NCBI GenBank assembly: GCA_016214175.1 | Contig: JACRPB010000126.1 | Location: forward strand, 1-46,501 | Reading direction: 5' to 3' | DNA from: Rhodocyclales bacterium | GTDB taxonomy: Bacteria; Pseudomonadota; Gammaproteobacteria; Burkholderiales; Rhodocyclaceae | DNA length: 46,501 bases | Shown here: positions 27,182 to 34,328 of the stretch, piece by piece | Numbering within the stretch: the stretch's first letter is position 1 | Layout: the number at the start of each line of letters is the position of its first letter | Translations under genes and position numbers: made by a program | The notes under the pieces: generated by a model | What the model was told of the DNA's origin: nothing | The model's input: the letters and a program-made list of their open reading frames with translations, nothing else | Databases searched by the model: none

Positions 27182-28651
27182 ATGCACACACTGGATCGGG
27201 TACGAAGCGTACTGCAAGGCGAACTGGGCGATGGCCGGCTGGAAGGCGTCGCCGCCGATCAGCCGCTGTTGCGCTCGGGTCTGATCAATTCGCTGGAAAT
27301 CGTCAGCGTCACCCTGGCGCTGGAGGCCGGCTTCGGCATCAAGATACCCGCGGCCGCGGCGAACCCGGAAAACTTCGCCGACCTGAATGCCATCGCGCGG
27401 CTGGTCGATAGTCTCAAGTCTGGCGCCAAGCAGCCGCTGACGATGGGCGGGCAAAGGCAGCATCGGCTGGCGGCGAGTCTCTTCGCCGCCTTGAAGCGTC
27501 CGCTGCTGCTGGGCCTGTGCTTTGTGCTCGCCGCGCTGGCGATCGACGGGGCGATCCGGCTGCTGATCGCCGGACCGTTCGCGGACGACTATCGCGACTT
27601 TGCCGAAGACGGCCACCGCCTTTATCCCGTTGCCGGCAACCACAGCCAGGACGATTTCGAGTTCGCCGTGAGCCAGCACCGCATACTGCGCTCCCCGCCG
27701 ACCGACAGCACGTGGCGCGTCGCCGTTTTCGGCGATTCCGGCACGATAGGCTCGTGGCTGCCCTGGCAGGATTCCATCGCCGCGCAGGCGGCCGCCGCCC
27801 TGCGCGCCACCGGCGGCGCCGTCGAGCTGTTCAATCTGGCCTACTTCATCCGCGCGCTGCCCAAGGACATGATGATCCTGGGTGCAGTCCTCAAGCAGAG
27901 CGGCGGCAGGCTGCCCTTCGATGCCGTGGTGCTGACCCTGTCGGATGAGTATTTTTCCCGCTCCCACTTCGACCACAGCGCCCGCAGCTACGCGCACCTG
28001 TCGCTCAACGCCGATCTGCTGATGCAGTTGAAGCCGCTTGTCGCAGCGGCATACCATCCGCTGCTGGACCGCATGGTCAGCGCATACAAGCGGCAAGGAA
28101 AGCGACTCGGCAACCCGGTCGTGGCGCGGCTGCAAAAGCACAGCGCCCTGTTCCACTACAGCGCCTATATCCGCGAGCGCCTGAACCGGGACGTCTATGC
28201 GCCGCTGGGCAAGCCGAAGTTCGCCTGGCGCGACGAATTCGCGCGCGGCACTCAGCCGATGTTCGATCCGGTGCCGCCGCGTCCGCCGCGCCGCGACCCG
28301 GTCGAGTTCAACGGCCTTGCCCCGGAAGAACTGGACAACGACGTCGTCGCGCTCTTGCAGGCCATGCTGGAGGGTTTCGCGCAGCGCGGCATCCCCGTCG
28401 TGCTCTATCTCGAACCGACGGCGCCGAAGGAATGGCAAGCCTACCTGGCGCCGCCACGCGGCAGCGTTACCACGGCGCAAGTGCTGGCGAAAGTCTGTAG
28501 CCCGCCGGCATGCCGGATCGCCGACGCGCGCTGGCTCCTGTCCGGCACCCAGTTCACCGATTCGCTGGCCCACTACACGAAATCCGGCAACGCCGCGATC
28601 GCCGCGGTCGTCGCGGAGGCGCTGCGCCTGGCGCGGCCGACCCAGCCATGA
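27182..28651 (+). CDS. Fusion protein: N-terminal acyl/peptidyl-carrier-like domain, single TM helix, then C-terminal SGNH/DltD-like domain
   Basis: Residues 1-80 contain 'LLRSGLINSLEIVSVTLALEAGFGIKIP', a carrier-protein helix-II pattern with Ser37 at nt 27290..27292. The TM helix is 'LLLGLCFVLAALAIDGAIRLLIAG'. The SGNH block I is 'VAVFGDSGTIGSW' and a block V-like 'DSLAHY' lies near the C-terminus. Confidence 0.7.
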   Translation: MHTLDRVRSVLQGELGDGRLEGVAADQPLLRSGLINSLEIVSVTLALEAGFGIKIPAAAANPENFADLNAIARLVDSLKSGAKQPLTMGGQRQHRLAASLFAALKRPLLLGLCFVLAALAIDGAIRLLIAGPFADDYRDFAEDGHRLYPVAGNHSQDDFEFAVSQHRILRSPPTDSTWRVAVFGDSGTIGSWLPWQDSIAAQAAAALRATGGAVELFNLAYFIRALPKDMMILGAVLKQSGGRLPFDAVVLTLSDEYFSRSHFDHSARSYAHLSLNADLLMQLKPLVAAAYHPLLDRMVSAYKRQGKRLGNPVVARLQKHSALFHYSAYIRERLNRDVYAPLGKPKFAWRDEFARGTQPMFDPVPPRPPRRDPVEFNGLAPEELDNDVVALLQAMLEGFAQRGIPVVLYLEPTAPKEWQAYLAPPRGSVTTAQVLAKVCSPPACRIADARWLLSGTQFTDSLAHYTKSGNAAIAAVVAEALRLARPTQP

Positions 28652-30489
28652 GCCGCTCCACACCATCCACCCTGGCCGGTCGCTTCGAAGCGCTGCTACA
28701 GGCGGCTCCCGACGCGGCGGCGTTCAGTTTCCACGCGCCCGATGCCGCGACGCCGGACGGCTATACCCGCGCCGGGCTTTGGCAGGCCGCTTGCGCCACG
28801 GCCGGGATGATCGCGCCGGTTGCATGCGGCAGCCACGTCATGCTGGTGATGCCGCTGGGCAAGGAACTCATCGCCGCACACCTGGCGGCGCAGTTGTCGG
28901 GCTGTGCCGCTTCCATCTTCACCCACCCGTCGGCGAAGCTGGCCCACGAGGTCTATCGGCGCAATCTGACGAACGCGCTGACCCTGTTGCATCCCGACGT
29001 TGTCGTCACGACGCCGGAATTCGCCGACGACCTGCGCCAGGCCGCGGGGGCGAGCCGCATCGTCGTCGTCGATGGCGCCCCCGCAGGCGGCGGTCCGACT
29101 CCCGACGCCTGGCGTCACCGCGATGCCGAAGGCACGGCGATCATCCAGTATTCGTCGGGCAGCACCGGGCTGCAAAAAGGGGTGGCGCTGAGCAATGGCG
29201 TCGCCCTGCGGCAGATCGAGCAATACGCCCGCTTCATCGCGCTCGACCCGGTCGCCGACCGTATCTGCAGTTGGCTCCCGCTGTATCACGACATGGGTTT
29301 GTTTACCGCCTACCTGATGCCCTTGGTGACCGGGACGCCGGTCGCGATGATCGATCCGTTCAAGTGGATACAGGATCCAGTCTCGCTGCTGCACCTGATC
29401 GAGCGCGAGCGCGGCACGCTCTGCTGGCAGCCGAACTTCGCCTTCAACGTGCTGGCGACCCGCGCTGGTGCCATGGCGCCCGGCACCCTCGACGTGTCGT
29501 CGATGCGAGGCTTCACCAACTGTTCGGAGCCGGTGTTTCCGCAAACCATCGAGCAGTTCGTCGGCGCGTTGGCGCCGCAGGGGCTGCGTGCCGAGGCGAT
29601 GTGGGTCTGCTATGCGATGGCCGAAAACTCGTTTGCCGTCACCGCTTGCGGACCCGCTGCGGCCCCTTATCGTCATTTCACCATCGATTCCCACAGCTAC
29701 GGTCGCGGCAACGTGGTGCCCGCCGCCGACGCGGCTGCCAGCATGAACATCGCTTCCTGCGGCGTTCCCGTCGCCGAGTGCGAAGTGGCTGTCGTCGATC
29801 CGGAAACGCGCACCACACTTCCGGCCGGTCGCGTCGGCGAAGTGGCGGTGCGCAGCCCTTTCCTCTTTCGCGAGTACCTCAACAATGCCGAAGCGACCGC
29901 GGCCTGCCGCGACGCGGAAGGTTGGTACTACACCGGCGATCTCGGTTTCGTCGCCGACGGCCACTTGTTCATTTCCGGCCGTAAGAAGGATCTCATCATC
30001 GTCGCCGGCCGCAACTTCTACCCGCAGGACCTGGAGAAGATCGCGACGTCCTGCGCCGGCGTCATTCCCGGTCGCGTGGTCGCGCTGGGGGATCGCGACG
30101 AACAAATGGGAACGGAGCGCGTGATCGTCGTCGTCGAGTCCCATGCGGCGGACGCGGCGACGCGCAAGGCGATCGCCGCCGCCATCCGCCAGCGCATCTT
30201 CGAGGATCTCGACTGTCCGGTCGGCGACGTCGCCGTGATGCCGTCGCGCTGGCTGCACAAGACCAGCTCGGGCAAGATTGCGCGACGCCAGAACCTCGCC
30301 CGCTATCGGCAATGGCGCAACGACGAGGCTGCCAAGGCCGCGCAGACGGCTCCCGTGCCGACGCCCAGACGCGCCAGCGCGCTTGAGGTCGCCGCCTGGG
30401 GCTTTGCGCTGGCGTGCGCCGCTTATGCCTATCTGGTCTTCTACGTCCTTGACCGCAATACCAGTTGGAACATCTACGCCGGCTTTTGA
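28648..30489 (+). CDS. ANL-superfamily adenylating enzyme of fatty-acyl-AMP-ligase (FAAL) type with a C-terminal TM helix
   Basis: 613 aa with 'IIQYSSGSTGLQKGV', 'WLPLYHDMGL', 'YYTGDLGF', 'GRKKDLIIVAGRNFYPQDLE' and 'TSSGKIAR'. The C-terminal hydrophobic segment is 'LEVAAWGFALACAAYAYLVFYVL'. The start forms an ATGA overlap with the upstream gene. Confidence 0.8.
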   Translation: MSRSTPSTLAGRFEALLQAAPDAAAFSFHAPDAATPDGYTRAGLWQAACATAGMIAPVACGSHVMLVMPLGKELIAAHLAAQLSGCAASIFTHPSAKLAHEVYRRNLTNALTLLHPDVVVTTPEFADDLRQAAGASRIVVVDGAPAGGGPTPDAWRHRDAEGTAIIQYSSGSTGLQKGVALSNGVALRQIEQYARFIALDPVADRICSWLPLYHDMGLFTAYLMPLVTGTPVAMIDPFKWIQDPVSLLHLIERERGTLCWQPNFAFNVLATRAGAMAPGTLDVSSMRGFTNCSEPVFPQTIEQFVGALAPQGLRAEAMWVCYAMAENSFAVTACGPAAAPYRHFTIDSHSYGRGNVVPAADAAASMNIASCGVPVAECEVAVVDPETRTTLPAGRVGEVAVRSPFLFREYLNNAEATAACRDAEGWYYTGDLGFVADGHLFISGRKKDLIIVAGRNFYPQDLEKIATSCAGVIPGRVVALGDRDEQMGTERVIVVVESHAADAATRKAIAAAIRQRIFEDLDCPVGDVAVMPSRWLHKTSSGKIARRQNLARYRQWRNDEAAKAAQTAPVPTPRRASALEVAAWGFALACAAYAYLVFYVLDRNTSWNIYAGF

Positions 30490-30504
30490 ACGGAGACTGC
30501 TGCC

Positions 30505-30933
30505 ATGGAAAACGCGAAACTCTTGCATGCGAACGATGAACGCCACAACGACTTCTTCGACCAGATCGTCCGCTTCGCCGCCAAGACGGCCGTGGTCGTG
30601 ATCCTCGTCGCGCTGGGCGTCAAGTGGGTGACGCCCGAGTTACGGCAAGGGTTCGGCGACAAGTGGGCCAAGCTCGCGCAGGAGTTGGGGCGCGACCAGC
30701 CGCGGCTCATGCTGACCGGTTTTCTGGTGCGGAATCCGGCGGTGCATTGGAAGGTCAGCGAAGTGAAAGAGCGCGAAGGCGATCTCGCCGGGGCGGCGGA
30801 AGAACTTGAGTTGGCGGTCGGGCTACTGGAGATGAGTCGCGCCGACCCGGCGGTGCTGCGGCGCTATCAGGACCGGCTAGCCGCGCTGCGGCATCCGGAC
30901 AAGCCGGCCACGGGCAGGCGCAGCCAGAAATAG
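30505..30933 (+). CDS. Small single-pass membrane protein, no recognisable family
   Basis: 142 aa. An RBS GGAGA lies about 7 nt upstream. The TM helix is 'AAKTAVVVILVALGV' and a helical, charged C-terminal part follows. It is wedged between the ligase and the MBOAT gene, with gaps of 15 nt and 4 nt. Confidence 0.55.
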   Translation: MENAKLLHANDERHNDFFDQIVRFAAKTAVVVILVALGVKWVTPELRQGFGDKWAKLAQELGRDQPRLMLTGFLVRNPAVHWKVSEVKEREGDLAGAAEELELAVGLLEMSRADPAVLRRYQDRLAALRHPDKPATGRRSQK

Positions 30934-30937
30934 CGCC

Positions 30938-32092
30938 ATGTTTGCCGCAATTCGTCGCCGCTATCCGTGGTTCCTGTTTCTCAACTTCTGCGCCTTGCTC
31001 GTCGTCGTGCCGGCGGCTTCACTGCTGCTTTACTACGGCCTCGCCGCGACCTTGCTGGCGATGCGCGCGCGTTTGCGGCGACGTTTTGGCGCCGCCGTTG
31101 ACCCGCTGGCGACGGCGGTCGCCGTGGTCCTCCTGACCCTCGGCATGGTCGCGCTGCGCGATCCCGAGCTGTTCGGCGCGCGGCTTGGCGGCAGCCTGCT
31201 CAACCTGCGCGACGCCGTGGCGTTCTCGATCGTCGGCCTGAGCTACTGCTGGCTGCGGGTGATCTATGTCTTCGTCTCGGCGCAGGACGTCACCCTGTAT
31301 CAATTCACGCGCTACTACTACTTCTTTCCGACTTATCTTTCCGGCCCGGTGATCTCCGCCGACGACTATCTGGCGCAAAGCGCGCGTCTGTCGCGTGCCG
31401 ATTCCATCGCGGGGATGGTGCGCATCGCGTTTGGCGCCCTGCGCTTTTTGCTGTCGGTTGCCGTGCAGCAGCTATCGCCATTTACCGGCAATACCGAAAT
31501 GCAATTTGCCGCCGCCAATTTTGGCCCCCTCGGATTGTGGGGCGCCGCTTGCGTCAGCGGGCTGTGGCTGTTCTTGAACTTTGCCGCTTTTACCGATATT
31601 TACATCGGTCTCGGGCGGCTGTTGGGAATTCGTCTGCCGGAGAACTTCGACAATCCTCTGGGCGCGCGTAACCTGACGGACTTCTGGCAGCGCTGGCACA
31701 TCACCCTCGGCAACTGGCTGCGAGCAATGGTCTTCACGCCTGTCGTCCGTCTGCTCGGCCGCGCCCTGCCCGCGAATTCGCTGGTGACCGCCGGCGTGGC
31801 CTCGCTGGCGACGATGGCCGTCTGCGGCTTGTGGCACAAGCTGGCGATCGGCTACCTGATCTGGGGCGTTCTGCACGGCTGCGGTCTGTTCTGTCATCAG
31901 GCCTGGAACCGCTACGCACGCCCGCGACTGGGCACCGCCATTACGGCTTCCCGGCCTTATCTGGCGGCGTCCTGGCTGTTGACCCAGGCCTACGTCGCTT
32001 TCGGCTGGGTGTTCTTCTTTCCCGCCGGCAATACCGATCTCGGCACCAGCCTGAGCATCGCAACCGCGATGCTGGGATTGGCGTGCCCGTGA
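30938..32092 (+). CDS. MBOAT-family membrane-bound O-acyltransferase (DltB/AlgI-like)
   Basis: 384 aa, multi-TM, with 'YYFFPTYLSGPVIS', 'NLTDFWQRWHITLGNWLR' and the conserved His region 'CGLWHKLAIGYLIWGVLHG'. Its length is closer to DltB than to AlgI. Confidence 0.85.
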   Translation: MFAAIRRRYPWFLFLNFCALLVVVPAASLLLYYGLAATLLAMRARLRRRFGAAVDPLATAVAVVLLTLGMVALRDPELFGARLGGSLLNLRDAVAFSIVGLSYCWLRVIYVFVSAQDVTLYQFTRYYYFFPTYLSGPVISADDYLAQSARLSRADSIAGMVRIAFGALRFLLSVAVQQLSPFTGNTEMQFAAANFGPLGLWGAACVSGLWLFLNFAAFTDIYIGLGRLLGIRLPENFDNPLGARNLTDFWQRWHITLGNWLRAMVFTPVVRLLGRALPANSLVTAGVASLATMAVCGLWHKLAIGYLIWGVLHGCGLFCHQAWNRYARPRLGTAITASRPYLAASWLLTQAYVAFGWVFFFPAGNTDLGTSLSIATAMLGLACP

Positions 32093-32271
32093 TCGGCAAT
32101 TGACCATGCGACCGAAACCGCGAGTAGCGGCTGACGACTATACTGTGGCGCTTCCGGCTGCCGCTGCGACTCACCCCCCATACGCATCTGGTTTGGGCTC
32201 CGAGCCAAGTCCGCTATCCATGATCACGACGTTCTCAGCACCTGCTGCGCCATGACAAATGACCTTTTTCG

Positions 32272-34305
32272 ATGGGGGGAGTGTGCGGTGTTTCGATGTG
32301 CTTTAGCGCTGAGATACCTGGGGCTCATGGAAGCCGCTGGCCTACCGTCCCGGCGCCGGCAGTGAAATTCATCGCATCGGTGGTTTCCTCGATCGGAGCT
32401 CGTGCCTTAGTCTTACCGCGACGCTCCAAACAGACGATCCTGTTGGTAGGCGACGTCGCGTCGCTTGCACTTGCGCTATGGGCCGCGTTCGCTTTTCGGC
32501 TTGAAACCATCGATGTTCCGGTAGGCCGCCTGTTCCCTTATCTTCTGGCCGCGCCGCTGATTGCGCTTCCCATCTTTTCGCTGCTGGGCCTTTATCGCAG
32601 CGTCGTGCGTTATATGGGCCTGCCTGTGCTGCTCGCCATATTCAAGGCGACCGGCATTTATGCCGCAACGCTGGTCTGCGTCATTTACCTTTTCGATCTT
32701 CCCGATGTGACTTACGCGCTGGCATTGCTGCACGGCGCGCTGACTGCGCTATTGATTGGCGCATCCCGAGCATTCGCCCAGCACTGCCTGTCAACCGCAT
32801 ATGAGAATCCGCGGCACCGTGACGACCATGGCAAGCGCGTCATTGTCTATGGCGCCGGATCTGCCGGCGCACAACTCACGTCGGCGCTGGCCCACAGCCG
32901 TGAACTGATAGCGGTGGCGATGGTCGACGACAACCCGGCTTTGCATCACAAGCGCATCGGCGTCCTGGAAGTACACCCGCCGAGCGAACTGGCTGCCCTG
33001 ATCAGGCGCCACGATGCGACAGAAGTGCTGATCGCGCTACCCTCGGCGCCGCGCGCCCGGCGTAGCGAAATCATCGCCGGCCTCGAGTCGCTGCCGGTAC
33101 AGGTGCGCACCCTTCCGGGCGTGGCGGAGATTGCCGAAGGCAAGGTCAAGACCACCGATCTGCGCGAAGTGGAAATCGAAGATCTTCTCTGGCGTGACCC
33201 GATCGCTCCGGATCCTGCGCTGATGAGTGCGAACATCAGCGGCAAGGCGGTCATGGTTACCGGGGCGGGAGGTTCGATCGGATCGGAACTCTGCCGGCAA
33301 ATCATTGCGCGGCGTCCTGCGAGCCTGGTGCTCTACGAGCTGAACGAATTCGCCCTATACAGTATCGAGCAAGCGCTGATCGCCACGGCCCAAACGCTGC
33401 CGGACTGCCCCACGCGCATCTGGCCCATCCTCGGCTCGGTGTGCGAGGCAGCAAGGCTCGAGCGCACGATCCGGCACTATGGCATCCAAACCCTCTACCA
33501 CGCTGCCGCCTTCAAGCACGTACCGATGGTGGAGAAGAACCCGTGCGAGGGAATCCGGAACAACGTGTTGGGTACATGGCACGCGGCGCGCGCCGCTCTT
33601 GCCGCCGGCGCAGAAGCCTTTGTCCTCATTTCCACCGACAAGGCGGTGCGCCCAACCAACGTCATGGGCGCCAGCAAGCGCCTTGCCGAGATGATTCTTC
33701 AGGCGCTGGCCGCCGCCTATCCGACGGGAACCCGCTATACGATGGTGCGTTTCGGGAACGTACTGGGCTCGTCGGGATCGGTGGTCCCGCTCTTTCGCGA
33801 ACAGATCAAACATGGCGGCCCCGTGACGGTGACCGATCCGCGGATCATCCGCTATTTCATGACGATACCCGAAGCAGCACAACTGGTGATTCAGGCCGGG
33901 GCAATGGGCAGCGATGGCGATGTGTTCGTTCTCGACATGGGAAAGCCGGTCAAGATTCTCGATATGGCCCGCCGCATGGTGCATCTGAGCGGCTTGAGCG
34001 TAAGGGATGACGACCATCCGGAGGGTGACATCGAAATCGTCTTTACCGGCTTGCGCCCCGGAGAAAAGCTCTACGAAGAGCTCCTCATCGGCGACAACGT
34101 CAGTACCACTGCGCATCCGCGCATCCACCAGGCGAACGAAAAGATGCTTCCCCTGGCAAGCATCGAGGCGCTCGTCGAGCGGTTGGAGCGGGCATGCGAC
34201 AATGACGACAGCGATCTGGCCAGGGCGGTATTGTTGGAGGCGGTCGAAGAATTTTCCCCGCAGTGCTCGAATCAGGATCTGCTCGGCGGAGTGCGCGAGC
34301 CCTAG
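32272..34305 (+). CDS. Membrane-anchored polysaccharide biosynthesis protein of the CapD/WbpM/PglF type (UDP-sugar 4,6-dehydratase)
   Basis: The N-terminus has four TM helices. The catalytic part has 'VIVYGAGSAGAQL', 'VMVTGAGGSIGSEL', 'LYHAAAFKHVP', 'ISTDKAVRPTNVMGASKR' and 'RFGNVLGSSGSV'. The start is uncertain, with candidates at 32272, ATG 32296 and GTG 32362. Confidence 0.85.
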   Translation: MGGVCGVSMCFSAEIPGAHGSRWPTVPAPAVKFIASVVSSIGARALVLPRRSKQTILLVGDVASLALALWAAFAFRLETIDVPVGRLFPYLLAAPLIALPIFSLLGLYRSVVRYMGLPVLLAIFKATGIYAATLVCVIYLFDLPDVTYALALLHGALTALLIGASRAFAQHCLSTAYENPRHRDDHGKRVIVYGAGSAGAQLTSALAHSRELIAVAMVDDNPALHHKRIGVLEVHPPSELAALIRRHDATEVLIALPSAPRARRSEIIAGLESLPVQVRTLPGVAEIAEGKVKTTDLREVEIEDLLWRDPIAPDPALMSANISGKAVMVTGAGGSIGSELCRQIIARRPASLVLYELNEFALYSIEQALIATAQTLPDCPTRIWPILGSVCEAARLERTIRHYGIQTLYHAAAFKHVPMVEKNPCEGIRNNVLGTWHAARAALAAGAEAFVLISTDKAVRPTNVMGASKRLAEMILQALAAAYPTGTRYTMVRFGNVLGSSGSVVPLFREQIKHGGPVTVTDPRIIRYFMTIPEAAQLVIQAGAMGSDGDVFVLDMGKPVKILDMARRMVHLSGLSVRDDDHPEGDIEIVFTGLRPGEKLYEELLIGDNVSTTAHPRIHQANEKMLPLASIEALVERLERACDNDDSDLARAVLLEAVEEFSPQCSNQDLLGGVREP

Positions 34306-34328
34306 TCCGACACTCTTACCTGTTTGCC

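Noticed and set aside
28696-30546. 616-aa minus-strand ORF opposite the FAAL-type ligase (and likewise 24799..26244 opposite the carbamoyltransferase)
   Set aside because: These are shadow ORFs. The sense strand carries complete ANL and NodU motif sets.
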